A stretch of DNA of 64,000 nt from Eledone cirrhosa (Eukaryota). This document shows, in pieces, positions 16,101-31,600 of this stretch. Each line of letters opens with the position of its first letter. Position 1 is the first letter of the stretch. Position numbers and translations under genes: made by a program. The notes under the pieces were generated by a model. The model saw only the letters and a list, made by a program, of their open reading frames with translations. It had not been told where the DNA came from and made no database searches. The DNA lies in the NCBI GenBank assembly GCA_964016885.1, contig OZ024742.1:318246001-318310000 (forward strand), given 5' to 3'.

Positions 16101-19100
16101 ATCTTTAACCCAGTATAGTGACTACTATCTTTAACCCAGGTAGTAACTACTATCTTTAACCCAGGGTAGTGACTACTATCTTTAACCCAGGGTAGTGACT
16201 ACTATCTTTAACCCAGGTAGTGACTACTATCTTTAACCCAGTATAGTGACTACTATCTTTAACCCAGGTAGTAACTACTATCCTTAACCCAGGTAGTGAC
16301 TACTATCTTTAACCCAGGTAATGACTACTATCTTTAACCCAGGGTAGTGACTACTATCTTTAACCCAAGGTAGTAACTACTATCCTTAACCCAGGATAGT
16401 GACTACTATCTTTAACCCAAGGTAGTAACTACTATCCTTAACCCAGGATAGTGACTACTATCTTTAACACAGGTAGTGACTACTATCTTTAACCCAGGTA
16501 GTGACTACTATCTTTAACCCAGGGTAGTGACTACTATCTTTAACCCAGGTAGTGACTACTATCTTTAACCCAGGGTAGTGACTACTATCTTTAACCCAGG
16601 TAGTGACTACTACCTTTAACCCAGGTAGTGACTACTATCTTTAACCCAGGTAGTGACTACTATCTTTAACCCAGGGTGGTGACTACTATCTTTAACCCAG
16701 GGTAGTGACTACTATCTATAACCCAGGTAGTGACTACTATCTTTAACCCAGGTAGTGACTACTATCTATAACCCAGGTAGTGACTACTATCTTTAACCCA
16801 GGGTAGTGACTACTATCTTTAACCCAGGTAGTGACTACTATCTTTAACCCAGGTTAGTGACTACTATCTTTAACCCAGGGGAGTAACTACTATCCTTAAC
16901 CCAGGTAGTGGCTACTATCTTTAACCCAGGTAGTGACTACTATCTTTAACACAGGGTAGTGACTACTATCTTTAACCCAGGTAGTGAATACTATCTTTAA
17001 CACAGGGTAGTGACTACTATCTTTAACCCAGGGTAGTGACTACTATCTTTAACCCAGGTAGTGACTACTATCTTTAACCCAGGTAGTGACTACTATCTTT
17101 AACACAGGGTAGTGACTACTATCTTTAACCCAGGTAGTGACTACTATCTTTAACCCAGGTAGTGACTACTATCTTTAACCCAGGGTAGTGACTACTATCT
17201 TTAACCCAGGTAGTGACTACTATCTTTAACCCAGGTAGTGACTACTATCTTTAACACAGGGTAGTGACTACTATCTTTAACCCAGGTAGTGACTACTATC
17301 TTTAACCCAGGTAGTGACTACTCTCTTTAACCCAGGTAGTGACTACTATCTTTAACCCAGGTAGTGACTACTATCTTTAACCCAGGTAGTGACTACTCTC
17401 TTTAACCCAGGTAGTGACTACTATCTTTAACCCAGGTAGTGACTACTCTCTTTAACCCAGGTAGTGACTACTATCTTTAACCCAGGTAGAGACTACTATC
17501 TTTAACACAGGGTAGTGACTACTATCTTTAACCCAGGTAGTGACTACTATCTTTAACCCAGGTAGTGACTACTATCTTTAACCCAGGTAGTGACTACTAT
17601 CTTTAACCCAGGTAGTGACTACTATCTTTAACCCAGGTAGTGACTACTACCTTTAACCCAGGTAGTGACTACTATCTTTAACCCAGGGTAGTGACTACTA
17701 TCTTTAACACAGGGTAGTGACTACTATATTTAACCCAGGCAGTGACTACTATCTTCAACCCACGTACTGACTACTATCTTTAACCCAGATAGTGACTACT
17801 ATCTTTAACCCAGGGCAGTGACTACTATCTATAACCCAGGGTAGAGACTACTATCTTTAACCCAGGTAGTGACTACTATCTTTAACCCAGTGTAGAGACT
17901 ACTATCTTTAACCCAGGTAGTGACTACTATCTTTAACCCAGGTAGTGACTACTATCTTTAACCCAGGTAGTGACTACTATCTTTAACCCAGGTAGAGACT
18001 ACTATCTTTAACCCAGGTAGTGACTACTATCTTTAACCCACGTAGTGACTACTATCTTTAACCCAGGTAGTGACTACTATCTTTAACCCAGGGTAGTTAC
18101 TACTATCTTTAACCCAGGGTAGTAACTACTATCTTTAACCCAGGGTAGTGACTACTATCTTTAACCCAGGGTAGTGACTACTATCTTTAACCCAGGGTAG
18201 TGACTACTATCTTTAACCCACGGTAGTGACTACTATCTTTAACCCAGGGTAGTGACTACTATCTTTAACCCAGGATAGTGACTACTATCTTTAACCCAAG
18301 TTGTGACTACTATCTTTAACCCAGGGTAGTGACTACTATCTTTAACACAGGGTAGTGACTACTATCTTTAACCCAGGGTAGTGACTACTATCTTTAACCC
18401 AGGGTAGTGACTACTATCTTTAACCCACGTAGTGACTACTATCTTTAACTCAGGTAGTGACTACTATCTTTAACCCAGGTAGTGACTACTATCTTTAACC
18501 CAGAGTAGTGACTACTATCTTTAACCCACGGTAGCGACTACTATCTTTAACCCACGTAGTGACTACTATCTTTAACCCAGGGTAGAGACTACTATCTTCA
18601 ACCCACGTACTGACTACTATCTTTAACCCAGGTAGTGACAACTATCTTTAACCCAGGATAGTGACTACTATCTTTAACCCAGGATAGTGACTACTATATT
18701 TAACCAAGGTAGAGACTACTATCTTTAACCCAGGGTAGTGACTACTATCTTTAACCCAGGGTAGTGACTACTATCTTTAACCCAGGATAGTGACTACTAT
18801 CTTTAACCCAGGGTAGTGACTACTATCTTTAACCCAGGGTAGTGACTACTATCTTTAACCCAGGATAGTGACTACTATATTTAACCAAGGTAGAGACTAC
18901 TATCTTTAACCCAGGATAGTGACTACTATCTTTAACCCAGGGTAGTGACTACTATCTTTAACCCAGGGTAGTGACTACTATCTTTAACCCAGGATAGTGA
19001 CTACTATATTTAACCAAGGTAGAGACTACTATCTTTAACCCAGGATAGTGACTACTATCTTTAACCCAGGGTAGTGACTACTATCTTTAACCCAGGGTAG

Positions 19101-22100
19101 TGACTACTACCTTTAACCCAGGTAGTGACTACTATCTTTAACCCAGGGTAGTGACTACTATCTTTAACCCAGGTAGAGACTACTATCTTTAACCCAGGGT
19201 AGTGACTACTATCTTTAACCCAGGGTAGTGACTACTATCTTTAACCCAGGATAGTGACTACTATCTTTAACCCAGGGTAGTGACTACTATCTTTAACCCA
19301 GGGTAGTGACTACTACCTTTAACCCAGGTAGTGACTACTATCTTTAACCCAGGGTAGTGACTACTATCTTTAACCCAGGTAGAGACTACTATCTTTAACC
19401 CAGGTAGTGACTACTATCTTTAACCCAGGTAGTGACTACTATCTTTAACCCAGGTAGTGACTACTATCTTTAACCAAGGTAGAGACTGCTATCTTTAACC
19501 CAGGGTAGTGACTACTATCTTTAACCCAGGTAGTGACTACTATCTTTAACCCAGGGTAGTGACTACTATCTTTAACCCAGGTAGTGACTAATATCTTTAA
19601 CCCAGGTAGTGACTACTATCTTTAACCCAGGTAGTGACTACTATCTTTAACCCAGGTAGAGACTACTATCTTTAACCCAGGGTAGTGACTACTATCTTTA
19701 ACCCAGGTAGTAACTACAATCTTTAACCCAGGTAGTGACTACTATCTTTAACCCAGGTAGTGACTACTATCTTTAACCCAGGTAGTGACTACTATCTTTA
19801 ACCCAGGTAGTGACTACTATCTTTAACCCAGGTAGTGACTACTATCTTTAACCCAGGTAGTGACTACTATCTTTAACCCAGGGTAGTGACTACTATCTTT
19901 AACCCAGGTAGTGACTACTATCTTTAACCCAGGTAGTGACTACTATCTTTAACCCAGGGTAGTGACTACTATCTTTAACCCAGGTAGTGACTACTATCTT
20001 TAACCCAGGGTAGTGACTACTATCTTTCACCCAGGTAGTGACTACTATCTTTAACCCAGGTAGTGACTACTATCTTTAACCCAGGGTAGTGACTACTATC
20101 TTTAACCCAGATAGTGACTACTATCTTTAACCCAGGGTAGTGACTACTATCTTTAACCCAGGTAGTGACTACTATCTTTAACCCAGGTAGTGACTACTAT
20201 CTTTAACCCAGGTAGTGACTACTACCTTTAACCCAGGGTAGTGACTACTATCTTTAACCCAGGGTAGAGACTACTATCTTCAACCCACGTACTGACTACT
20301 ATCTTTAACCCAGGTAGTGACTACTATCTTTAACCCAGGTAGTGACTACTATCTTTAACCCAGGTAGTGACTACTATCTTTAACCCAGGTAGTGACTACT
20401 ATCTTTAACCCAGGGTAGTGACAACTATCTTTAACCCAGGGTAGTGACTACTATCTTTAACCCAGGCAGTGACTACTATCCTTAACCCAGGTTAGTGACT
20501 ACTATCTTTAACCCAGGTAGTGACTACTACCTTTAACCCAGGTAGTGACTACTATCTTTAACCCAGGGTAGTGACTACTATCTTTAACCCAGGGTAGTGA
20601 CTACTATCTTTAACCCAGGGTAGTGACTACTATCTTTAACCCACGGTAGTGACTACTATCTTTAACCCAGGGTAGTGACTACTATCTTTAACCCAGGGTA
20701 GTGACTACTATCTTTAACCCAGGTTGTGACTACTATCTTTAACCCAGGGTAGTGACTACTATCTTTAACACAGGGTAGTGACTACTATCTTTAACCCAGG
20801 GTAGTGACTACTATATTTCACCCAGGGTAGTGACTACTGTCTTTAACCCACGTAGTGACTACTATCTTTAACTCAGGTAGTGACTACTATCTTTAACCCA
20901 GAGTAGTGACTACTATCTTTAACCCAGGTAGTGACTACTATCTTTAACCCACGTAGTGACTACTATCTTTAACCCAGGTAGTGACTACTATCTTTAACCC
21001 AGGGTAGTTACTACTATCTTTAACCCAGGGTAGTAACTACTATCTTTAACCCAGGGTAGTGACTACTATCTTTAACCCAGGGTAGTGACTACTATCTTTA
21101 ACCCAGGGTAGTGACTACTATCTTTAACCCACGGTAGTGACTACTATCTTTAACCCAGGGTAGTGACTACTATCTTTAACCCAGGATAGTGACTACTATC
21201 TTTAACCCAAGTTGTGACTACTATCTTTAACCCAGGGTAGTGACTACTATCTTTAACACAGGGTAGTGACTACTATCTTTAACCCAGGGTAGTGACTACT
21301 ATCTTTAACCCAGGGTAGTGACTACTATCTTTAACCCACGTAGTGACTACTATCTTTAACTCAGGTAGTGACTACTATCTTTAACCCAGGTAGTGACTAC
21401 TATCTTTAACCCACGGTAGCGACTACTATCTTTAACCCACGTAGTGACTACTATCTTTAACCCAGGGTAGAGACTACTATCTTCAACCCACGTACTGACT
21501 ACTCTCTTTAACCCAGGTAGTGACTACTATCTTTAACCCAGGGTAGTGACTACTATCTTTAACCCATGGTAGTGACTACTATCTTTAACCCAGGATAGTG
21601 ACTACTATCTTTAACCCAGGATAGTGACTACTATATTTAACCAAGGTAGAGACTACTATCTTTAACCCAGGGTAGTGACTACTATCTTTAACCCAGGGTA
21701 GTGACTACTATCTTTAACCCAGGGTAGTGACTACTATCTTTAACCCAGGGTAGTGACTACTATCTTTAACCCAGGGTAGTGACTACTATCTTTAACCCAG
21801 GATAGTTACTACTATATTTAACCAAGGTAGAGACTACTATCTTTAACCCAGGATAGTGACTACTATCTTTAACCCAGGGTAGTGACTATTATCTTTAACC
21901 CAGGGTAGTGACTATTATCTTTAACCCAGGATAGTGACTATTATATTTAACCAAGGTATAGACTACTATCTTTAACCCAGGGTAGTGACTACTATCTTTA
22001 ACCCAGGGTAGTGACTACTACCTTTAACCCAGATAGTGACTACTATCCTTAACCCAGGGTAGTGACTACTATCCTTAACCCAGGTAGTGACTACTATCTT

Positions 22101-25100
22101 TAACCCAGGGTAGTGACTAGTACCTTTAACCCAGATAGTGACTACTATCCTTAACCCAGGGTAGTGACTACTATCCTTAACCCAGGTAGTGACTACTATC
22201 TTTAACCCAGGGTAGTGACTACTACCTTTAACCCAGATAGTGACTACTATCCTTAACCCAGGTAGTGACTACTATCTTTAACCCAGGGTAGTGACTACTA
22301 CCTTTAACCCAGGTAGTGACTACTATCCTTAACCCAGGTAGTGACTACTACCTTTAACCCAGATAGTGACTACTATCCTTAACCCAGGGTAGTGACTACT
22401 ATCTTTAACCCAGGGTAGTGACTACTATCTTTAACCCAGGTAGTGACTACTATCTTTAACCCAGGTAGTGACTACTATCCTTAACCCAGGTAGAGACTAC
22501 TACCTTTAACCCAGGTAGTGACTACTATCTTTAACCCAGGGTAGTGACTACTATCTTTAACCAAGGTAGAGACAACTATCTTTAACCCAGGTAGTGACTA
22601 CTATCTTTAACCCAGGGTAGTGACTACTATCTTTAACCCAGGATAGTGACTACTATATTTAACCCAGGTAGTGACTACTATCTTTAACCAAGGTAGAGAC
22701 AACTATCTTTAACCCAGGGTAGTGACTACTATCTTTAACCCAGGGTAGTGACTACTATCTTTAACCCAGGGTAGTGACTACTATCTTTAACCCAGGATAG
22801 TGACTACTATATTTAACCCAGGTAGTGACTACTATCTTTAACCCAGGGTAGTGACTACTATCTTTAACCCAGGGTAGTGACTACTATCTTTAACACAGGT
22901 AGTGACTACTATCTTTAACCCAGGGTAGTGACTACTATCTTTAACCAGGGTAGTGACTACTATCTTTAACCCAGGGTAGTGACTACTATCTTTAACCCAG
23001 GGTAGTGACTACTATCTTTAACCCAGGATAGTGACTACTATCTTTAACCAAGGTAGAGACTACTATCTTTAACCCAGGTAGTGACTACTATCTTTAACCC
23101 AGGTAGTGACTACTATCTTTAACCAAGGTAGAGACTACTATCTTTAACCCAGGTAGTGACTACTATCTTTAACCCAGGGTAGTGACTACTATCTTTAACC
23201 CAGGTAGTGACTACTATCTTTAACCCAGATAGTGACTACTATCTTTAACCCAGGGTAGTGACTACTATATTTAACCCAGGTAGTGACTACTATCTTTAAC
23301 CCAGGTAGTGACTACTATCTTTAACCCAGGTAGTGACTACTATCTTTAACCCAGGTAGTGACTACTATCTTTAACCCAGGGTAGTGACTACTATCTTTAA
23401 CCCAGGGTAGTGACTACTATCTATAACCCAGGTAGTGACTACTATCTTTAACCCAGGGTAGTAACTACTATCTTTAACCCAGGGTAGAGACTACTATCTT
23501 TAACCCAGGGTAGTGACTACTATCTATAACCCAGGGTAGTGACTACTATCTATAACCCAGGGTAGTGACTACTATCTTTAACCCAGTGTAGAGACTACTA
23601 TCTTTAACCCAGGGTAGTGACTACTATCTTTAACCCAGGTAGTCACTACTATCTTTAACCCAGGGTAGTGACTACTATCTTTAACCCAGTGTAGTGACTA
23701 CTATCTTTAACCCAGGTAGTGACTACTATCTTTATCCCAGGGTAGAGACTACTATCTTCAACCCACGTACTGACTACTACCTCTAACCCAGGTAGGGACT
23801 ACTATCTTTAACCCAGGTAGGGACTACTATCTTTAACCCAGGTAGTGACTAGCATCTTTAACCCAGGTAGTGACTACTATCTTTAACCCAGGTAGTGACT
23901 ACTATCTTTAACCCAGGGTAGTGACTACTATCTTTAACCCAGGGTAGTGACTACTATCTTTAACCCAGGTGGTGACTACTATCTTTAACCCAGGTAGTGA
24001 CTACTATCTTTAACCCAGGGTAGTGACTACTATCTTTAACCCAGGTGGTGACTACTATCTTTAACCCAGGTAGTGACTACTATCTTTAACCCAGGTAGTG
24101 ACTACTATCTTTAACCCAGGGTAGTGACTACTATTTTTAACCTAGGGTAGTGACTACTATCTTTAACCCAGGTAGTGACTACTATCTTTAACCCAGGTAG
24201 TGACTACTATCTTTAACCCAGGTAGTGACTACTATCTTTAACCAAGGTAGAGACAACTATCTTTAACCCAGGGTAGTGACTACTATCTTTAACCCAGGGT
24301 AGTGACTACTATCTTTAACCCAGGATAGTGACTACTATATTTAACCCAGGTAGTGACTACTATCTTTAACCCAGGGTAGTGACTACTATCTTTAACCCAG
24401 GTAGTGACTACTATCTTTAACCCAGGGTAGTGACTACTATCTTTAACCCAGGTAGTGACTACTATCTTTAACCCAGGGTAGTGACTACTATATTTAACCC
24501 AGGTAGTGACTACTATCTTTAACCCAGGTAGTGACTACTATCTTTAACCCAGGTAGTGACTACTATCTTTAACCCAGGGTAGAGACTACTATCTTTAACC
24601 CAGGGTAGTGACTACTATCTTTAACCCAGGTAGTGACTACTATCTTTAACCAAGGTAGAGACTACTAGCTTTAACACAGGGTAGTGACTACTATCTTTAA
24701 CCCAGGGTAGTGACTACTATCTTTAACCCAGGGTAGTGACTACTATCTTTAACCCAGGTAGTGACTACTATCTTTAACCCAGGGTAGTGACTACTATCTT
24801 TAACCCAGGTAGTGACTACTATCTTTAACCCAGATAATGACTACTATCTTTAACCCAGGGTAGTGACTACTATCTTTAACCCAGGTAGTGACTACTATCT
24901 TTAACCCAGGTAGTGACTACTATCTTTAACCCAGGTTGTGACTACTATCTTTAACCCAGGGTAGTGACTACTATCTATAACCCAGGTAGTGACTACTATC
25001 TTTAACCCAGGGTAGTAACTACTATCTTTAACCCAGGGTAGAGACTACTATCTTTAACCCAGGGTAGTGACTACTATCTATAACCCAGGGTAGTGACTAC

Positions 25101-28100
25101 TATCTATAACCCAGGGTAGTGACTACTATCTTTAACCCAGTGTAGAGACTACTATCTTTAACCCAGGGTAGTGACTACTATCTTTAACCCAGGTAGTGAC
25201 TACTATCTTTAACCCAGGGTAGTGACTACTATCTTTAACCCAGTGTAGTGACTACTATCTTTAACCCAGGTAGTGACTACTATCTTTAACCCAGGGTAGA
25301 GACTACTATCTTCAACCCACGTACTGACTACTACCTTTAACCCAGGTAGGGACTACTATCTTTAACCCAGGTAGGGACTACTATCTTTAACCCAGGTAGT
25401 GACTAGCATCTTTAACCCAGGTAGTGACTACTATCTTTAACCCAGGTAGTGACTACTATCTTTAACCCAGGGTAGTGACTACTATCTTTAACCCAGGGTA
25501 GTGACTACTATCTTTAACCCAGGTGGTGACTACTATCTTTAACCCAGGTAGTGACTACTATCTTTAACCCAGGGTAGTGACTACTATCTTTAACCCAGGG
25601 TAGTGACTACTATCTTTAACCCAGGTGGTGACTACTATCTTTAACCCAGGTAGTGACTACTATCTTTAACCCAGGTAGTGACTACTATCTTTAACCCAGG
25701 GTAGTGACTACTATCTTTAACCTAGGGTAGTGACTACTATCTTTAACCCAGGTAGTGACTACTATCTTTAACCCAGGTAGTGACTACTATCTTTAACCCA
25801 GGGTAGTGACTACTATCTTTAACCCAGGGTAGTGACTACTATCTTTAACCCAGGTAGTGACTACTATCTTTAACCCAGGTAGTGACTACTATCTTTAACC
25901 CAGGGTAGTGACTACTATCTTTAACCCAGGTAGTGACTACTATCTTTAACCCAGGTAGTGACTACTATCTTTAACCCAGGTAGTGACTACTATCTTTAAC
26001 CCAGGGTAGTGACTACTATCTTTAACCCAGGGTAGTGACTACTATCTTTAACCCAGGGTAGTGACTACTATCTTTAACACAGGGTAGTGACTACTATCTT
26101 TAACCCAGGTAGTGACTACTATCTTTAACCCAGGTAGTGACTACTATCTTTAACCCAGTGTAGTGACTACTATCTTTAACCCAGGGTAGTGACTACTATC
26201 TTTAACCCACATACTGACTACTATCTTTAACCCAGTGTAAAGACTACTATCTTTAACCCAGGTAGTGACTGCTATCTTTAACCCAGGGTAGTGACTACTA
26301 TCTTTAACCCAGGTAGTGACTACTATCTTTAACCCAGGGTAGTGACTACTATCTTTAACCCAGGTAGTGACTACTATCCTTAACCCAGGGTAGTGACTAC
26401 TATCTTTAACCCAGGGTAGTGACTATTATCCTTAATCCAGAGTAGTGACTACTATCTTTAACCCAGGGTAGTGACTACTATCTTTAACCCAAGGAAGTGA
26501 CTACTATCTTTAACTCAGGTAGTGACTACTATCTTTAACCCAGGTAGTGACTACTATCTTTAACCCAGGGTAGTGACTACTATCTTTAACCCAGGTAGTG
26601 ACTACTATCTTTAACCCAGGGTAGTTACTACTATCTTTAACCCAGGGTAGTTACTACTATCTTTAACCCAGAGTAGTGACTACTATCTTTAACCCAGGTA
26701 GTGACTACTATCTTTAACCCAGGGAGTGACTACTATCTTTAACCCAGGGTAGTTACTACTATCTTTAACCCAGGGTAGTAACTACTATCTTTAACCCAGG
26801 GTAGTGACTATTATCTTTAACCCAGGGTAGTGACTACTATCTTTAACCCAGGGTAGTGACTACTATCTTTAACCCACGGTAGTGACTACTATCTTTAACC
26901 CAGGGTAGTGACTACTATCTTTAACCCAGGGTAGTGAGTACTATCTTTAACCCAGGTTGTGACTACTATCTTTAACCCAGGGTAGTGACTACTATCTTTA
27001 ACACAGGGTAGTGACTACTATCTTTAACCCAGGGTAGTGACTACTATATTTCACCCAGGGTAGTGACTACTATCTTTAACCCACGTAGTGACTACTATCT
27101 TTAACTCAGGTAGTGACTACTATCTTTAACCCAGGGTAGTAACTACTATCTTTAACCCAGGGTAGTGACTACTATCTTTAACCCAGGGTAGTGACTACTA
27201 TCTTTAACCCAGGGTAGTGACTACTATCTTTAACCCACGGTAGTGACTACTATCTTTAACCCAGGGTAGTGACTACTATCTTTAACCCAGGGTAGTGACT
27301 ACTATCTTTAACCCACGTTGTGACTACTATCTTTAACCCAGGGTAGTGACTACTATCTTTAACCCAGGTTGTGACTACTATCTTTAACCCACGGTAGTGA
27401 CTACTATCTTTAACACAGGGTAGTGACTACTATCTTTAACCCACGGTAGTGACTACTATCTTTAACCCAGGGTAGTGACTACTATCTTTAACCCACGTAG
27501 TGACTACTATCTTTAACTCAGGTAGTGACTACTATCTTTAACCCAGAGTAGTGACTACTATCTTTTACCCACGGAAGCGACTACTATCTTTAACCCACGT
27601 AGTGACTACTATCTTTAACCCAGCGTAGTGACTACTATCTTTAACCCACGTAGTGACTACTATCTTTAACTCAGGTAGTGACTACTATCTTTAACCCAGG
27701 GTAGTGACTACTATCTTTAACACAGGGTAGTGACTACTATCTTTAACCCAGGGTAGTGACTACTATCTATAACCCAGCTAGTGACTACTATCTTTAACCC
27801 AGGGTAGTAACTACTATCTTTAACCCAGGGTAGAGACTACTATCTATAACCCAGGGTAGTGACTACTATCTATAACCCAAGTAGTGACTACTATCTTTAA
27901 CCCAGGGTAGTAACTACTATCTTTAACCCAGGGTAGAGACTACTATCTTTAACCCAGGGTAGTGACTACTATCTATAACCCAGGGTAGTGACTACTATCT
28001 ATAACCCAGGTAGTGACTACTATCTTTAACCCAGTGTAGAGACTACTATCTTTAACCCAGGTAGTGACTACTATCTTTAACCCAGGTAGTGACTACTATC

Positions 28101-28659
28101 TTTAACCCAGGGTAGTGACTACTATCTTTAACCCAGGGTAGAGACTACTATCTTCAACCCACGTACTGACTACTATCTTTAACCCAGGTAGTGACTACTA
28201 TCTTTAACCCAAGTAGTGACTACTATCTTTAACCCAGGTAGTGACTACTATCTTTAACCCAGGGTAGTGACTACTATCTTTAACCCAGGTAGTGACTACT
28301 ATCTTTAACCCAGGTAGTGACTACTATCTTTAACACAGGGTAGTGACTACTATCTTTAACCCAGGTAGTGACTACTATCTTTAACCCAGGGTAGTGACTA
28401 CTATCTTTAACCCAGGGTAGAGACTACTATCTTCAACCCACGTACTGACTACTATCTTTAACCCAGGGGAGTGACTACTATCTTTAACCCAGGTAGTGAC
28501 TACTATCCTTAACCCAGGGTAGTGACTACTATCTTTAACCCAGGGTAGTGACTACTATCCTTAACCCAGGGTAGTTACTACTATCTTTAACCCAGGTAGT
28601 GACTATTATCTTTAACCCAGGTAGTGACTACTATCCTTAACCCAGGTTAGTGACTACTA

Positions 28660-31600
28660 TCTTTAACCCAGGTAGTGACTACTAACTTTACCCCAAGGTA
28701 GTGACTACTATCTTTAACCCAGGGTAGTGACTACTATCTTTAACCTAGGGTAGTAACTACTATCTTTAACCCAGGTAGTGACTACTATCTTTAACCCAGG
28801 GTAGTGACTACTATCTTTAACCCAGGTAGTGACTACTATCTTTAACCCAGGGTAGTGACTACTATCTTTAACCCAGGGTAGTGACTACTATCTTTAACCC
28901 AGGGTAGTGACTACTATCTTTAACCCAGGTAGTGACTACTATCCTTAACCCAGAGTAGTGACTACTATCTTTAACCCAGGGTAGTGACTACTATCTTTAA
29001 CCCATGGAAGTGACTACTATCTTTAACTCAGGTAGTGACTACTATCTTTAACCCAGGGTAGTGACTACTATCTTTAACCCAGGTAGTGACTACTATCTTT
29101 AACCCAGGGTAGTGACTACTATCTTTAACCCAGGTAGTGACTGCTATCTTTAACCCAGGGTAGTAACTACTATCTTTAACCCAGGTAGTGACTACTATCT
29201 TTAACCCAGGGTAGTTACTACTATCTTTAACCCAGGGTAGTTACTACTATCTTTAACCCAGAGTAGTGACTACTATCTTTAAACCAGGTAGTGACTACTA
29301 TCTTTAACCCAGGGTAGTTACTACTATCTTTAACCCAGGGTAGTGACTACTATCTTTAACCCACGGTAGCGACTACTATCTTTAACCCAAGTAGTGACTA
29401 CTATCTTTAACCCAGCGTAGTGACTACTATCTTTAACCCACGTAGTGACTACTATCTTTAACTCAGGTAGTGACTACTATCTTTAACCCAGGTAGTGTCT
29501 ACTATCTTTAACCCAGGGTAGTTACTACTATCTTTCACCCAGGGTAGTGACTACTATCTTTAACCCAGGGTAGTGACTACTATCGTTAACCCAGGGTAGT
29601 GACTACTATCTTTAACCCACGGTAGTGACTACTATCTTTAACCCAGGGTAGTGACTACTATCTTTAACCCAGGGTAGTGACTACTATCTTTAACCCAGGT
29701 TGTGACTACTATCTTTAACCCAGGGTAGTGACTACTATCTTTAACCCAGGTAGTGACTACTATCTTTAACCCAGGTTGTGACTACTATCTTTAACCCAGG
29801 TAGTGACTACTATCTTTAACCCAGTGTAGAGACTACTATCTTTAACCCAGGGTAGTGACTACTATCTTTAACCCAGCATAGTGACTACTATCTTTAACAC
29901 AGGTAGTGACTACTATCTTTTACCCAGGTAGTGACTACTATCTTTAACGCAGGTTAGTGACTACTATCTTTAACCCAGGTAGTGACTACTATCTTTAACC
30001 CAGGGTAGTGACTACTATCTTTAACCCAGGGTAGTGACCTCTATCCTTAACCCAGGGTAGTGACTACTATCTTTAACCAAGGTAGAGACTACTATCTTTA
30101 ACCCAGAATAGTGACTACTATCTTTAACCCAGGGTAGTGACTACTATCTTTAACCCAGGTAGTGACTACTATCTTTAACCCAGGTAGTGACTACTATCTT
30201 TAACCCAGTGTAGAGACTACTATCTTTAACCCAGGTAGTGACTACTATCTTTAACCCAGGTAGTGACTACTATCTTTAACCCAGGGTAGTGACTACTATC
30301 TTTAACCCAGGGTAGAGACTACTATCTTCAACCCACGTACTGACTACTATCTTTTACCCAGTGTAGTGACTACTATCTTTAACCCAGGTAGTGACTACTA
30401 TCCTTAACCCAGGTTAGTGACTACTATCTTTAACCCAGGGTAGTGACTACTATCTTTAACCCAGGGATGTGACTACTATCTTTAACTCAGGTAGTGACTA
30501 CTATCTTTAACCCAGGGTAGTGACTACTATCTTTAACCCAGGGTAGTGACTACTATCTTTAACCCAGGGTATTGACTACTATCTTTAACCGAGGTATTGA
30601 CTACTATCTTTAACCCAGGGTAGTGACTACTATCTTTAACCGAGGTATTGACTACTATCTTTAACCCAGGTAGTGACTACTATCTTTAACCCAGGGTAGT
30701 GACTACTATCTTTAACCCAGGGTAGTGACTACTATCTTTAACCCAGGTAGTGACTACTATTTTTAACCCAGGATAGTGACTACTATCTATAACCCAGGTA
30801 GTGACTACTATCTTTAACCCAGGGTAGTGACTACTATCTTTAACCCAGGGTAGTGACTACTATCTTTAACCCAGGGTAGTGACTATTATCTTTAACCCAG
30901 GGTAGTGACTACTATCTTTAACCCAGGGTAGTGACTACTATCTTTAACCCAGGGTAGTGACTACTATCTTTAACACAGGGTAGTGACTACTATCTTTAAC
31001 CCAGGGTAGTGACTACTATCTTTAATCCAGGGTAGTGACTACTATCTTTAACCCAGGGTAGTGACTACTATCTTTAACCCAGGGTAGTGACTACTATCTT
31101 TAACCCAGGGTAGTGACTACTATATTTCACTCAGGTAGTGACTACTATCTTTAACCCAGGGTAGTGACTACTATCTTTAACCCAGGGTAGTGACTACTAT
31201 CTTTAACCCAGGGTAGTGACTACTATCTTTAACCCAGGTAGTGACTACTATCTTTAACCCAGGGTAGTGACTACTATCTATAACCCAGGTAGCGACTACT
31301 ATCTTTAACCCAGGGTAGTGACTACTATCTTTAACCCAGGTAGTGACTTCTATCTTTAACCCAGGGTGGTGACTACTATCTTTAACCCAGGTAGCGACTA
31401 CTATCTTTAACCCAGGGTAGTGACTACTATCTTTAACCCAGGGTAGTGACTACTATCTTTAACCCAGGCAGTGACTACTATCTTTAACCCAGGTAGTGAC
31501 TACTATCTTTAACCCAGGTAGTGACTACTATCTTTAACCCAGGGTAGTGACTACTATCTATAACCCAGGTAGCGACTACTATCTTTAACCCAGGGTAGTG